64,000 bases of DNA from Rickettsiales bacterium (lineage in GTDB: Bacteria > Pseudomonadota > Alphaproteobacteria > Rickettsiales > JAJNBL01). The stretch lies in the NCBI GenBank assembly GCA_021156175.1, contig JAJNBL010000003.1:115897-179896 (forward strand), given 5' to 3'. Every line of letters starts with the position of its first letter. Within the stretch, counting starts at the first letter, position 1. The position numbers were made by a program, and so were the translations under genes. Positions 1 through 10,695 of the stretch are shown here, in pieces. Under the pieces are notes generated by a model that was given only the letters and a program-made list of their open reading frames with translations, was not told the DNA's origin and did no database searches.

Positions 1-357
1 AGCGGGGATTTGGAGGACATCAACGGCTTCAGCCACTTGTCCGCATTGTTCTTCGGTATGAACATCTGTCAGGGTGGGGCAGCCGTAAGTGTTTCTAATT
101 TCAGAGAAAATAGGCAAAGCATTCTCTAGGCCAATGCCGCGCTTGCTGTTTAAACTGGTGCGGTTGGCTTTATCAAAAGAGCTTTTATAGATGAAGCCGA
201 TTTTCAATTTCTGAGTAAGTTTTACTAGCGATTCCGCCATTTTTAAGGCATGGTCGCGCGATTCCATCTGGCAAGGGCCAGCAATTAGGACGAAGGGGAG
301 GTCATTGCCGAGCGTGACGTTATTGCCTATACGGATATGCTGTTGTGGAGTAGCCAT
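1..357 (-). CDS. kdsA: 3-deoxy-8-phosphooctulonate synthase (KDO8P synthase), 5' part only; gene continues past the left edge
   Basis: Hand translation of the minus strand from ATG at 357-355 gives [119 protein letters not shown]. The blocks [21 protein letters not shown] and TDVH...VDVLQIPA are the conserved KdsA N-terminal blocks. The ORF is missing from the track because it is open at the edge. Confidence 0.85.
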   Translation of the reverse strand, partial: MATPQQHIRIGNNVTLGNDLPFVLIAGPCQMESRDHALKMAESLVKLTQKLKIGFIYKSSFDKANRTSLNSKRGIGLENALPIFSEIRNTYGCPTLTDVHTEEQCGQVAEAVDVLQIPA

Positions 358-532
358 GGGAAAAAGGACCTTTCATCTATAGATTAAGGCTTGTGATTCT
401 AAGGAGAGAAAGGCTGCTTGGCAATGTGTTTCTTGGTAGAAATAAAATAGTATAATTATTTAACTTTATGCTTGCTTTCTTAACCATTTATTAATAATAT
501 GATGCTGTCACGTAATGAGACAGAGGTGTGAA

Positions 533-1393
533 ATGTCTAAGAAGAAGAAAGTACGCCAAGTAAATGAAGCGCTTTGGGATGCCGCATTCCAGGGAAATTT
601 ACAGGAAGTAAAAGATCTTATTGAGAATAAAAAGGCCAATGTGGATGCGATTGTCACCACGGGTACTTTTCTGGGATGTACTTCATTACATCTGGCTGCC
701 ATGAGTGGAAAAGTTAGCGTATTCCAATACCTTATTGGAAAAATAGAGCCAGATACTTTAAAAATTCAAGCCACCTGGGATACTTGGAACAATGCTACTC
801 CGCTGCATATAGCCACAAAGTCGGGTTATGCAGACATCGTATTTGTTGCTTTGAATTATGCAAAAGAGAAGGTGCCGAGCCTTCCTGGCTTGTGTGATGG
901 CAATGGGAAAACGGCTATAAAGCTTGCGAAAGAGCAAAAAGAAGAAATTACTAGGCAATATAATGTCGCGGAAGATAATTTGAAAAATTATGATATGCAG
1001 ACCTATTATAAAGACCGCTCTGTCGTAGTTCCAGACGGAATGGTAAGGTTGTATGAAGTCACGCGCTGTATCTCTCTGATCGAAGAGTTTTTTAAACCCC
1101 GCCCTTCCTCTCAGCCGCTGCTTTCGCCTGAAGCCCTAAAACAAGTACAAAAAGAGAATTCTACTGCATCGAACGATCGTCTAACGACGAGCCATTCCTA
1201 TGTGGAGAAGAAGAAATTTACTTCTGAGCTAAGAAAAAGTAGCCAAGGAAGCGGCATTCTCCCAAGAAACAAATCGATTTCGTGGGAAGAATCTGTTACG
1301 GCTATTACTCCTCCTGGTTCGCCCTCGTCTCCTTCACATTCTCGTTCTTCAGAAAGCTCTTCGCCAAGCTCTGCGGGACAGAGGAAATTCTAA
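533..1393 (+). CDS. ankyrin-repeat protein with Ser/Pro-rich C-terminal tail
   Basis: ANK signatures are present: ALWDAAFQGNLQEVKDLIENKKANVDA, GCTSLHLAAMSGKVSVFQYLI and ATPLHIATKSGYADIVFVAL. The tail reads PPGSPSSPSHSRSSESSSPSS. I prefer the ATG at 533 (GAGG 6 nt upstream) over the track start at 515. Confidence 0.8.
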   Translation: MSKKKKVRQVNEALWDAAFQGNLQEVKDLIENKKANVDAIVTTGTFLGCTSLHLAAMSGKVSVFQYLIGKIEPDTLKIQATWDTWNNATPLHIATKSGYADIVFVALNYAKEKVPSLPGLCDGNGKTAIKLAKEQKEEITRQYNVAEDNLKNYDMQTYYKDRSVVVPDGMVRLYEVTRCISLIEEFFKPRPSSQPLLSPEALKQVQKENSTASNDRLTTSHSYVEKKKFTSELRKSSQGSGILPRNKSISWEESVTAITPPGSPSSPSHSRSSESSSPSSAGQRKF

Positions 1394-1503
1394 TTGAAGA
1401 GGAAAGGGTGGCCGATCTTTTATATAAGATAACCCTTTGCCAAACTCCCTCAATTATTGTATAGCTTCCGGGTTCAGAGCATTCTTTAGTATGTTGAGAG
1501 ATA

Positions 1504-2769
1504 ATGAGCCCGAAACTCCAGCCCGCCCGTGGTACGCGGGATATTCTGCCCGATGAATACCGGCTTCACCGCCATGTGGTGGAGACTGCGCGCCACGCTT
1601 CAGAGGTTTTTGGGTTTGCCGAAATTGCTACTCCAATATTTGAATTTACTGAGGTATTTCAAAGAACTCTTGGCGATACCTCAGATATTGTCTCAAAAGA
1701 AATGTACACATTCGAAGACCGAGGAGGGGAGAGCATTACCCTTCGTCCGGAATTCACCGCGGGTATCGCTAGATGCTTTATTGCCAATGGGTTATCCCAA
1801 TCGACGCCCTGCCGTTTCTTCTCGCATGGGCCGATTTTCCGTTATGAGCGTCCACAGAAAGGCCGCTATCGCCAGTTCCATCAGATCAATATGGAGATCA
1901 TGGGCTTATCTGAGCCGGAAGCGGATGTGGAAGCTATATCGCTTGCAGTTTTGATTCTGGAGCGCTTAGGCATTCTTGATAAAACAACATTGGAAATCAA
2001 CTCCTTAGGTGATACTGAAAGCCGGAACCGTTACCGCGATGCGTTGGTGAAATATTTTGAGCAGCATAAAGCTAAGCTTTCGGAAGATAGCTTGACTCGG
2101 TTGGTTAAAAATCCGATGCGAATCCTTGATTCTAAAGATGAAAATGACCGCGCTATTGTGGCGGGTGCACCATCGTTGCAAGATTATTATACGGATGAGG
2201 CGAAAGCGTTTTTCGCACGTGTCACGGAAGGTTTGAAGCGTTTAGGCATTCGTTATAAGATAAATTCTCGTCTTGTCAGAGGGTTAGACTATTATTGCCA
2301 TACAGCGTTCGAATTTACGACCGACCTCTTGGGCAGCCAGGGAACGGTGCTTGCGGGCGGGCGTTATGATAATCTGATTAGCACCATGGGTGGCCCGGAA
2401 ACTCCAGCGGTTGGCTTTGGCGGTGGTATTGAACGTCTTGGTATGCTGATGGAAGCCGTCGCAGGGCAGGGCATTGCGGCACCGCGCCCGATTGCACTTA
2501 TTCCGATTGGCGAGCGCGCAGAACAAGAAGCGTTGGGGCTTGCTTATACGCTTCGCAAAGAAGGGTTTACTATCGATATGGCCTATAGCGGCAATCCGGG
2601 CAAGCGCATGAAGAAGGCGAATAAAGCAAATGCCGTTGCGGCACTAATGCTCGGGGATGATGAGATTAATCAGGGCGTTATTACACTTCGTGATATGGAT
2701 AAAGGAACCGAGAATAAGGTTTCTGCAGAAGGGTTAATCGACGCGTTGACGGAATATAAAGGGGCATAA
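1504..2769 (+). CDS. hisS: histidine--tRNA ligase
   Basis: 421 aa. Class II aaRS/HisRS blocks are present: [35 protein letters not shown] and GGGRYD.L. Confidence 0.95.
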   Translation: MSPKLQPARGTRDILPDEYRLHRHVVETARHASEVFGFAEIATPIFEFTEVFQRTLGDTSDIVSKEMYTFEDRGGESITLRPEFTAGIARCFIANGLSQSTPCRFFSHGPIFRYERPQKGRYRQFHQINMEIMGLSEPEADVEAISLAVLILERLGILDKTTLEINSLGDTESRNRYRDALVKYFEQHKAKLSEDSLTRLVKNPMRILDSKDENDRAIVAGAPSLQDYYTDEAKAFFARVTEGLKRLGIRYKINSRLVRGLDYYCHTAFEFTTDLLGSQGTVLAGGRYDNLISTMGGPETPAVGFGGGIERLGMLMEAVAGQGIAAPRPIALIPIGERAEQEALGLAYTLRKEGFTIDMAYSGNPGKRMKKANKANAVAALMLGDDEINQGVITLRDMDKGTENKVSAEGLIDALTEYKGA

Positions 2770-2770
2770 A

Positions 2771-3853
2771 TTGGCTATGAATTTCGCAGGACGTTTGGAC
2801 AGCATTGTCGTTAAACATAAGCAGCTCGGGGATAAGCTTTCCAGCGGGGAAAAAATTGCTGGAGGTGATTTTGCGAAGCTGAATAAGGAATATTCCGATC
2901 TTTCGCCGATTGTGGAGAAAATCAACGAGCTTCGCGCGGTAGAGCGTGCTTATAAAGATTCCGAAGAGATGATGAATGATCCTTCAATCGATGGAGAAAT
3001 GCGGGCGCTTGCGGAAGAAGAATTCCACGAAGCAAAGCATAAAATTGAAGCACTGACCTATGACGTGCAGATTTCGCTTCTGCCCAAAGATGAAGCGGAT
3101 GAGAAGAATGCAATTTTGGAAGTGCGCGCAGGTACGGGAGGGGATGAGGCGGCGCTGTTTGCTTCGGATCTGTTCCAGATGTATCAACGTTATGCGGATC
3201 GCCGCCGCTGGAAATTTGAAGTGCTTTCTATTACCGAAACGGGAATTGGCGGTTACAAAGAAGCATCTGCTACGATTTCCGGAAAAGATGTATTTGCGCG
3301 ATTGAAATTTGAATCGGGCGTGCATCGTGTGCAGCGGGTTCCGACAACCGAAACACAAGGACGCGTGCATACTTCTGCGGCGACCGTTGCGGTGTTGCCG
3401 GAAGCGGAAGAAATCGATGTGCATATCGAAGAAAAAGATTTGCGGGTAGATATTTTCCGTTCCTCAGGACCGGGTGGTCAGTCGGTGAACACGACCGATA
3501 GCGCCGTTCGGATTACGCATATTCCAACGGGAATTGTGGTATCGCAGCAGGATGAAAAATCCCAGCATAAAAACCGTGCGAAAGCGATGAAAGTCCTTCG
3601 TGCACGGATTTATGATAAGCAACGGGAAGAAGCGGATTCCGCGCGTGCGGCACAACGTAAAGGACAAATTGGTTCAGGCGATCGTTCTGAGCGGATTCGT
3701 ACCTACAATTTCCCGCAAAGTCGTGTGAGTGATCATCGGATTAACTTAACGCTGTATAAGATCGATGCGGTCGTGCGGGAAGGGGATTTGGACGAGTTTA
3801 TGGATGCGCTGATTGCGGAAGATCAAGCGATGAAGCTTGCGGCGGAAGAGTAG
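2771..3853 (+). CDS. prfA: peptide chain release factor 1
   Basis: GGQ motif ([24 protein letters not shown]) and the RF1-type PxT tripeptide region ([17 protein letters not shown]). The TTG at 2771 lies 1 nt after the hisS stop, with AAGGGG 6 nt upstream. An ATG at 2777 is the alternative start. Confidence 0.95.
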   Translation: MAMNFAGRLDSIVVKHKQLGDKLSSGEKIAGGDFAKLNKEYSDLSPIVEKINELRAVERAYKDSEEMMNDPSIDGEMRALAEEEFHEAKHKIEALTYDVQISLLPKDEADEKNAILEVRAGTGGDEAALFASDLFQMYQRYADRRRWKFEVLSITETGIGGYKEASATISGKDVFARLKFESGVHRVQRVPTTETQGRVHTSAATVAVLPEAEEIDVHIEEKDLRVDIFRSSGPGGQSVNTTDSAVRITHIPTGIVVSQQDEKSQHKNRAKAMKVLRARIYDKQREEADSARAAQRKGQIGSGDRSERIRTYNFPQSRVSDHRINLTLYKIDAVVREGDLDEFMDALIAEDQAMKLAAEE

Positions 3854-3871
3854 CCAATAAGAAAAGTTTTT

Positions 3872-4597
3872 ATGCGTAATACTGTACCTTCATTAAAAGA
3901 ATTGGCTCAAAGACAATATTCCAAACAGGCTTTCTCGGCTTGCTATGCGGGACGCATTCCGAGGGACTTAAACCCTTTGCCTCGCTTTCGTGAGCAACTC
4001 CAGACTCTGCTGGATGCCTGTAAAGGTTTGGGGTATGACGGCAATAGTGATGCATTTGCCTATGACTGGATGGAGGATGGGTTAAGTATTCTTAAAAACA
4101 GTGCTGATCCTGTCGAGTCTGCTGCATATACGGCATTCCATCTTTTATGTTCGCCAGGGACTCCAAGAGATAACCCTATCGCGGTATTAAATGGTTATAT
4201 TAGCTCCATCTGCCCACGCCTAACCAAATTGTCCGAAGAACTTCCAAAGCAATTAGAAAAGCTTCTTACCATTGATAAAATTTTGTTTGAAAATGGGAAT
4301 GTGAAGGAGCTTCCAGAATTATGGCGCGCCTTACAAGAAGCGCATAGCACTATCCATTCCCCCGAAACACGCCTGCCGCTTCAGGGCTGTGTGTCATTCA
4401 ATACCGCTGCACCTAACGTTTTGCCTAATGCCTCACACATTGTAAGTCTCGCTCAGCTACCATTGCAAACAATACACGATATGACGGAAACTTTTATGGG
4501 TAGTGCGTTGGTGCAAGCAAAACTGCGCGAGAAACTGCCCAATGTTGCGCCGTTCCTATTAAGCCCAAGCCGGGAGAAAGAAACCCTGGAAAGATAG
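3872..4597 (+). CDS. hypothetical protein
   Basis: 241-aa ORF with coding-like composition. I recognise no motif. It sits where prmC often follows prfA but has no methyltransferase motifs. Confidence 0.5.
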   Translation: MRNTVPSLKELAQRQYSKQAFSACYAGRIPRDLNPLPRFREQLQTLLDACKGLGYDGNSDAFAYDWMEDGLSILKNSADPVESAAYTAFHLLCSPGTPRDNPIAVLNGYISSICPRLTKLSEELPKQLEKLLTIDKILFENGNVKELPELWRALQEAHSTIHSPETRLPLQGCVSFNTAAPNVLPNASHIVSLAQLPLQTIHDMTETFMGSALVQAKLREKLPNVAPFLLSPSREKETLER

Positions 4598-4620
4598 GGC
4601 TATAGGCTTGCATTCGGCTC

Positions 4621-6357
4621 TTATGGCCCACCAAACACCACATACACCGAACCTCCATTTGGGAAGGGGCTAGTCGCATAGGGTGCTCCTAAAATGGTAT
4701 CGGTGTAACCGTCGCCATTTACATCGCCGTAGCTGGTGGCAAAGATATATTCACTGATAGTGGTGGAGTTATTAAAGCTCATACCTCCATCGATTGCTTG
4801 GTAATCAATAATGGATAAAGAGCTCGGCCATGCCTGTCGTCCAAAGACAATGCGGGCTTTACCGGGTACAGGGACACCGCTTCCTAGATCTTCAAAGAAG
4901 ATATCATCGAAGCCATCTTTGTTGAAATCGATTTTGTCTTTAGATGTTTTAGCCAGTCCTCCAAATGAGCCAAGCGTTGGGCCTGAGAGGGTGAATCCAT
5001 TTTGCCCGGTTAATGTTGCAGCGGAAATAGCTTCCCCACCTGAGGTGAAACCTGATGCTGTCCCGAAGAAAACATAGACATATTGGGTGTTAATGCCTTT
5101 GCCAATTTGGAGATCATCATAACCATCAGTATTGACGTCTGCCTTGAGTTCAAGCTGATTCCCTAGCCCTACGTTTATGTTTGGGCTGGTGAATTTAATA
5201 CATTTTATACCGTTGCAGTAAGTAGAGAGGCTGGTGATACTCGTCCAAGCATCTTTACTTCCGAGTATGAGATATACTTCTCCGTTCTTATTTCCGTTGC
5301 CTGGGTAATCGGGAGCGCCGATGACGAAATCATCGATGCTATCTCCGTTAAAATCTCCCCCCATAGCGATGCCTTGGCCAGTGAGTGAGTTATCATTAAT
5401 GCCATCGATATAGAATCCACCATTGCTTCCGTTTAACGAATCCAGTGTAATGGCAGTATCCCAGCCAGATGTTTTTCCAAAAATAACATAGATTCTTCCT
5501 CTGTTGGCGCCTAGACCACTGTAATTAGGTGCGCCGATTACAAGATCGTCAAAGCCATCGCCGTTGATATCCCCACCGCCGGCTACCTTAAGGGTAGAAA
5601 CGCCAGTGCTGATTTGTGCCATGTCATTTATAGAGGTAAGGCTTGAAAGATTTATTCTACCACTGCTGCCTGTCCAATATTGCCGTGCTTTTCCAAAGAC
5701 AATGTAGATTTTATTGGCGGCCGGAGTGGTTGTATTACGTGTTACCAGTACGATATCATTAAAACCATCATTGTTTAAATCGCTGGAGGTATCGATTGCG
5801 CCTGAGACATAGCTGGAATCTGCGGCACCTAAACTATCACCGGCGGTAACGCCTTGTAGTGCGATTCCATCCGTTCCATCTATAGAAGATAGGGCAAGTG
5901 GTGTGGCCCAAGCGCCAGATTTTCCAAAAACAATATAGACGGTTCCGGCATCAGTCCGACCTTCAGGGTCGGCTTTGGGGGTGCCCATGATGATATCACT
6001 AAAACCATCTCCGTCGATATCTCCCGTTGCGGACAGTTCGGTGCCAGTTTCATCATATCCTGTTGCACCATTGATCCGAAAACCATTTGTTCCATTTACC
6101 GAAGGGTATTCAAAATCATCGGCACGTGTTGTGCGCTCGGCTGCACACGTTCCGATGTTGGTTTTACTCCCTGTGAGCTTCATAAATAATACGGATGATT
6201 TGCTTTTACAAACGCATTTTCCTACCGGATCGTTTTCTGTAATTTTATAGACCATTCCCGGAGCGCAGACAGTGCCTGTATTTGTATATTCCAAATCAAT
6301 GGCAAATGCGGGATGCGCAAGGAGTGATGCCAACAAAAACATAGATAACCGTTTCAT
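4621..6357 (-). CDS. secreted FG-GAP (integrin-alpha-like) repeat protein, predicted 7-blade beta-propeller
   Basis: Signal peptide MKRLSMFLLASLLAHPAFA. There are seven Ca-binding-type FG-GAP cores: DIDGDGFSDII, DLNNDGFNDIV, DINGDGFDDLV, DFNGDSIDDFV, DVNTDGYDDLQ, DFNKDGFDDIF and DVNGDGYTDTI, each followed by a YV.FG-type strand. I prefer the ATG at 6357 (GGAG 5 nt upstream) over the track start at 6393. Confidence 0.8.
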   Translation of the reverse strand: MKRLSMFLLASLLAHPAFAIDLEYTNTGTVCAPGMVYKITENDPVGKCVCKSKSSVLFMKLTGSKTNIGTCAAERTTRADDFEYPSVNGTNGFRINGATGYDETGTELSATGDIDGDGFSDIIMGTPKADPEGRTDAGTVYIVFGKSGAWATPLALSSIDGTDGIALQGVTAGDSLGAADSSYVSGAIDTSSDLNNDGFNDIVLVTRNTTTPAANKIYIVFGKARQYWTGSSGRINLSSLTSINDMAQISTGVSTLKVAGGGDINGDGFDDLVIGAPNYSGLGANRGRIYVIFGKTSGWDTAITLDSLNGSNGGFYIDGINDNSLTGQGIAMGGDFNGDSIDDFVIGAPDYPGNGNKNGEVYLILGSKDAWTSITSLSTYCNGIKCIKFTSPNINVGLGNQLELKADVNTDGYDDLQIGKGINTQYVYVFFGTASGFTSGGEAISAATLTGQNGFTLSGPTLGSFGGLAKTSKDKIDFNKDGFDDIFFEDLGSGVPVPGKARIVFGRQAWPSSLSIIDYQAIDGGMSFNNSTTISEYIFATSYGDVNGDGYTDTILGAPYATSPFPNGGSVYVVFGGP

Positions 6358-6371
6358 AAAAACTCCTTTTA

Positions 6372-8084
6372 CTACTGTACTGTAATGCCCCATTTACTGC
6401 TTAGATAGCCTTCCACTTTTTTCTGCTCTGGAGTGCTAAGCAGTCGATTATAGATAAGGATTTCGCCGATTTGGCCTCTGAAAAAATAACCTAAGTATAA
6501 ATCATCTGCCGCATTATATGATTGTCCTGCTCCCGTTCCTCCTCCCCATGAAGCCCCATTTTTGTAAAATGTCATCGTTGAGTTTGTTGTTCCATCCCAT
6601 GAGTTTGTTTGACCTATAATAGTTGGAACATTGGCAACGATTAGAGCGTCATTTGAGATGGATTTTGTTCCGCCTCCTCCGTTTCCTCCATGGTATCCGT
6701 ACATTTTTCCATTCGTCGTGACGAGATCATGTTCTCCTAGCTGATACTGCACTTGAAGAGGGTAGTCGCTCTTAAGGAGAATATGTCCAATAGCCACAGG
6801 GGTTGTTATTTTAACTACAGCAAATATCGAGTAACTACCGCTATGATCAAGAAATGGGCTGGAAGTTATTGCTAGCACGTGTCCCGCTGCTCCATTTACT
6901 GTCACGACATCTCTTCCGTTGATCCCTCCTGTTGTGAGCGTAGGAACAGCAGCTAGTGTATTGCTATCGCGCTTCATTCGAAGCACATTCGGCGATTTGC
7001 TGACCCACTGCGTGATGAGAGAAGTGTTGGCGGGGTTATCGCTTGTATCCCCATTACCATCAATATCGGTAGCATCCAGCCATAAAACGTTGCCGTTAAT
7101 ATCCGTTGGAATAAACGGTTTTTCCCGTGCCTGGCAGAAGGTATAAAGATACTTCGCGGTTTCGAATGCCTGGTTTGCAATAGCAGGGTAAGCCGCGTTG
7201 GCGTTAGCAAAATTGCCTAAATCATTCGTGCCCGCGGTGGGAATGCCATCTTTAATGATACTTTGCGCATTGTGGCATACTAAGTCATCAATGAGAAAAG
7301 GCGCTTCTGCTTTGCGAGGGGGGGAAAGGTCATTCTTCCGTTTATAGGCAACAATGTCATTAAACATCGAGTTTCCGTTATCCTGGATATAGATTCGGTT
7401 GGTTGTGTGGTTGGTATTTTCGAGTTCCCGTCCTGCTGTGGCGGTCGGAGTGGAGGCATTATTCCTAAACCATGCACCATTTCCGTCTGGGCCGTAGCTG
7501 ATAATCACATAAGCAGCACCTTGGCGATATTTTCTATCCCCCACCAGCGCAGTGGTTTTCTCGCGTCCAGCAAGGTCAGTGACAGCTAAATCCCCATCGT
7601 AGCGCGGATCACGGAAATCCTGTGCCCGCCCCATACCTGTTGCGAGTCGGTAGGTGAATTTTCTTCCCCAGGCATCATAGGCATAAGTTGCCGGAAGGCC
7701 GATGCTTCGTAACGGTAACATGCCAGGATCCTCTGCACAGAGCCCGGTGGAGGTTGTATAGGCGGAGGCTACGCCAAAGGTCGTAGCGGTTTCAAGGGAC
7801 GTTCCAATTCCAGGGCAGGGGAGATAGCCATTTTTATCCACAAAGAGTTTCAAGGCTTCTTCGATTACTGCAAGTTTTGTCATGGTATCGCGGACGCGAG
7901 TTCCCTGGTTTTGGGTATTGAGGATAGAGAGAGCTCCTGTTGCAAGAAGTGCAAGAATACTTAGCGAAATCGAAAGCTCGACCATGCTAAAGCCTTTTTG
8001 GCGCGCGAGTGCACGTGAGTACTGGAAGTCAGAAAATCTGACATTCGCAGCAAGTGAGAGTAGAATTTTATAACACCCTCGCAT
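6372..8084 (-). CDS. prepilin-type (GspG/type IV pilin-like) protein with C-terminal LamG/concanavalin-like domain
   Basis: N-methylation motif QKG|FSMVELSISLSILALLATGAL (Glu at +5). Pilin-fold motifs are YLPCP, DAWGRKFTYR and ISYGPDGNG. The C-terminus LWLDATDIDGNG...FRGQIGEILIYNRLLSTPEQKKVEGYLSSKWGI is typical of Laminin_G_3-type domains. The ATG at 8084 overlaps the upstream stop as TGATG. Alternative starts are ATG 8090 and TTG 8102. Confidence 0.75.
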   Translation of the reverse strand: MRGCYKILLSLAANVRFSDFQYSRALARQKGFSMVELSISLSILALLATGALSILNTQNQGTRVRDTMTKLAVIEEALKLFVDKNGYLPCPGIGTSLETATTFGVASAYTTSTGLCAEDPGMLPLRSIGLPATYAYDAWGRKFTYRLATGMGRAQDFRDPRYDGDLAVTDLAGREKTTALVGDRKYRQGAAYVIISYGPDGNGAWFRNNASTPTATAGRELENTNHTTNRIYIQDNGNSMFNDIVAYKRKNDLSPPRKAEAPFLIDDLVCHNAQSIIKDGIPTAGTNDLGNFANANAAYPAIANQAFETAKYLYTFCQAREKPFIPTDINGNVLWLDATDIDGNGDTSDNPANTSLITQWVSKSPNVLRMKRDSNTLAAVPTLTTGGINGRDVVTVNGAAGHVLAITSSPFLDHSGSYSIFAVVKITTPVAIGHILLKSDYPLQVQYQLGEHDLVTTNGKMYGYHGGNGGGGTKSISNDALIVANVPTIIGQTNSWDGTTNSTMTFYKNGASWGGGTGAGQSYNAADDLYLGYFFRGQIGEILIYNRLLSTPEQKKVEGYLSSKWGITVQ

Positions 8085-9205
8085 CAGCATGCCCCATCCC
8101 AACTACCATCCGCACAAATGCATATGCTTTGTGTTGTATCGTAGGTTCCACCGCCAGGGCATTTTTTCCCCTGCCATGCCCCGTTTGCTGCGGCGCCATA
8201 ATAATTACTGTGTCCGCAAATTTCTTGCATCGTCCAAAGAAGACCAATGATGGCTTCTTCACCCTCATTGTAATACACACCGCCATTGTTAATCCGGTAA
8301 TCGTCAATATTGGTTGTCATTGACGTACCGATGGTGGCTGTTAGTTTTGCGAGTTCCGTGCTGTTGTTGGAGCATTCGCCTTCCGTTACTAGACGTTTAG
8401 ATTTAAGGGTGGCAAGCGCTTTGAGATCGGATTTATTCCGGTAAACAACAATATCATCAAAGGTGCCATCGTAGGCTTTTTGAATGAAGGTGGTATCGGC
8501 ATCCGAATTTTCTTCTTCGTGCGTAGTGCCGGTGCCTGAAAGTAATACGCCACTTTCTGCGTAAATATCTTTCGCATTTGGCCCAGCACTCATCAACACA
8601 AACGCTCCTTTAGTGGTGAGGTTTGTGCTGCCGTTGGATACGGTAATATTGCCATCTGGTGTTGCGCCTGAACCGGCTACGCCTTCACGGAAATCGCGGG
8701 TAGTACAGCCTATTTCGTTGTTGGCTACGCCATCAGTTCCGCAAAGATTCGTACTGACACGGTAGCGAAATTCATTTCCCCATCCATCAAGACGTGCTTC
8801 CGGCCCTAGGTTTAGAGAGCGTACCGGAACGGCGCCTTCTGCCAGGGTGCAATCCCGGCTGGTTAAAGCTTCTTCTCCAAATTCATAAGTGACGGAGCTG
8901 GCGGATCGGGTGTTATCAATTCTCATTAAGGGATCGGCAGGGCAGGGTAAGCGGCCATACGTTGCGATAAATCCTGTAACGGCATCGGTAATCTTTAGCA
9001 TTTTTTTCTGTGTTTCTATTGCGCGCTTGGCGTGGGTGGTTACGGGAGGGGAAATCCAGCGCATTGAGCCGACTGCCAGGGTGGCGGCAATACCGATAAT
9101 AATCGAAAGTTCAATCAAGCTGAATCCACGCACGGCATAGGGAGCGGCTATGCGCTTGCTATAATAGGTTCTAGAGACGGAAAATGACATACCGTTCCTT
9201 CTCAT
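8084..9205 (-). CDS. prepilin-type (GspG/type IV pilin-like) protein with Cys-rich C-terminal extension
   Basis: N-methylation motif VRG|FSLIELSIIIGIAATLAVG. It shares motifs with the next gene: RLPCP, DGWGNEFRYR and MSAGPNAKD. The C-terminal 100 aa contain 7 Cys. An alternative start is the ATG at 9190. Confidence 0.75.
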   Translation of the reverse strand: MRRNGMSFSVSRTYYSKRIAAPYAVRGFSLIELSIIIGIAATLAVGSMRWISPPVTTHAKRAIETQKKMLKITDAVTGFIATYGRLPCPADPLMRIDNTRSASSVTYEFGEEALTSRDCTLAEGAVPVRSLNLGPEARLDGWGNEFRYRVSTNLCGTDGVANNEIGCTTRDFREGVAGSGATPDGNITVSNGSTNLTTKGAFVLMSAGPNAKDIYAESGVLLSGTGTTHEEENSDADTTFIQKAYDGTFDDIVVYRNKSDLKALATLKSKRLVTEGECSNNSTELAKLTATIGTSMTTNIDDYRINNGGVYYNEGEEAIIGLLWTMQEICGHSNYYGAAANGAWQGKKCPGGGTYDTTQSICICADGSWDGAC

Positions 9206-9375
9206 CGTTAAAGCCCTTTCTACCCTCCATATATTATATAATGAGAGGCTTTAAGATCTGGTTAACTAATAAATTATGCTGGAAGGGGGGTGTTTAATGT
9301 ATATTTTAATTCAATAGGTTACATTTATTTGAAAAAGGGCAACCCTTTAATAAAGTGAAGAAATCCACAAAAAAA

Positions 9376-9403
9376 TTGACAAATTAATGGATTTTAATAG
9401 GAT
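9376..9403 (+). promoter_or_regulatory. candidate sigma70-type promoter for the ankyrin gene at 9436
   Basis: TTGACA at 9376-9381, a 16-nt spacer, then TAGGAT. The background is AT-rich, so a chance match is possible. Confidence 0.35.
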
Positions 9404-9435
9404 ACGTTTCTTCGTAAATTATTATAGGCTCCCGT

Positions 9436-10644
9436 ATGAGTAAAGACTCCTTAGGTCAACGACTATTGTCTCTTATTGGACAGCGTGATTGCAATAAAGA
9501 AGCGGTATATGACCTACTTTTGGCGGGTGCCAATCCTAATGTAATAGATGAAAAGGGTCGTACGCCTTTGTTTTGGGCTACTGGTAACAACCGGTTTGAC
9601 CTCACCTATGCTCTTTTGTTATACGGGGCAAAGACCTTTGAGACAGTGAATTGGTATGCCTTAAAAGACCATTTCAATGATACGAAGAATCCGAAAAATT
9701 TAGAAAATGCCAAAAGGCTGACGATTCTTCTGTTTGCAGCTGGAGCTGTGAAAGAATCCTCAGTTCCTTCTTTTATCCCTAAAGAAATGTTTGTTTGTGC
9801 CCGCTTTCTAGAGCGAGATGGAGAAATGTTCCCTATCCAGGATAAAGATGGGCAGTCTTTCCTTATTGCTACGGATGAGGAAGGAAAAGAAAAAGCGGAA
9901 CTTATCTCAATAGAATCGCTTCCCATTAAAAAATATTATCAACTCAAAGGTGCTCTCAATCTTGAGGAAGAAACGGTTCGCGAAGGCGATGGGTTTGCTG
10001 CCCGCGCTGCGCGGATTAAAGAGAAGGTGAGGGAAGTCTATGATGCACTTAACTCTCATAAAACATCCGCAGTGGATATTGCTCCTACAGTGAAGGTTGT
10101 GCCTGCTATCGAGAAAAAGAAATCCTTTCGGAAAATGGAGTCCGAGGAGAAATCTCTTTCTCCTAAACCATCCCGTCGTGATATAAAACAATTGGATTTA
10201 AGCCACGTATCCCGGGCTTCTGAAAAACAAGCGCCTGAGCTAAAAATAGCCTCTTCTGTAACAAAAACTCCCCAGTTGGAAGTTCCTAAAACACGTCAAC
10301 GCTCATTCTCTGGTGAGAATAAAAGGCAACTTTTTGCCAAGTCTAGCCAAAGGGCGCTACTTTCTCCCATTAAAGAATCGCCAGGAAATACTCCTCAGAA
10401 GCTTGATACTGCGGCTACCAATCCGGTAAAAGTTCCAGAAGGGACATTCCTTGCTGTGGAACGTAGTTCTTCTCGTGAAAGGGCGTTATCCGAGGGGGCG
10501 CTTCCTAGTAAAAGAATGGGGGACTTATTGTCGAAGCCTAGTAAACGAACACTTCAAATGCAAAGAAATGGCAGTAAATTCACAGACGTAGTATTGACGG
10601 ATTCTGAAAATCCTTCAACGGAGCCGTTAAATCTGTACATTTAA
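9436..10644 (+). CDS. ankyrin-repeat protein with long disordered Ser/Pro/Lys-rich C-terminal half
   Basis: N-terminal ANK signature LLLAGANPNVIDEKGRTPLFWATGNNRFDLTYALLLYGA. The C-terminal ~180 aa are low complexity (SPKPSRRD, SPIKESPGNTPQK). Confidence 0.7.
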   Translation: MSKDSLGQRLLSLIGQRDCNKEAVYDLLLAGANPNVIDEKGRTPLFWATGNNRFDLTYALLLYGAKTFETVNWYALKDHFNDTKNPKNLENAKRLTILLFAAGAVKESSVPSFIPKEMFVCARFLERDGEMFPIQDKDGQSFLIATDEEGKEKAELISIESLPIKKYYQLKGALNLEEETVREGDGFAARAARIKEKVREVYDALNSHKTSAVDIAPTVKVVPAIEKKKSFRKMESEEKSLSPKPSRRDIKQLDLSHVSRASEKQAPELKIASSVTKTPQLEVPKTRQRSFSGENKRQLFAKSSQRALLSPIKESPGNTPQKLDTAATNPVKVPEGTFLAVERSSSRERALSEGALPSKRMGDLLSKPSKRTLQMQRNGSKFTDVVLTDSENPSTEPLNLYI

Positions 10645-10695
10645 GCCGTGGCATTATAGATTCAAGGGACAATGATCATATCCAGGGAGATAGCC

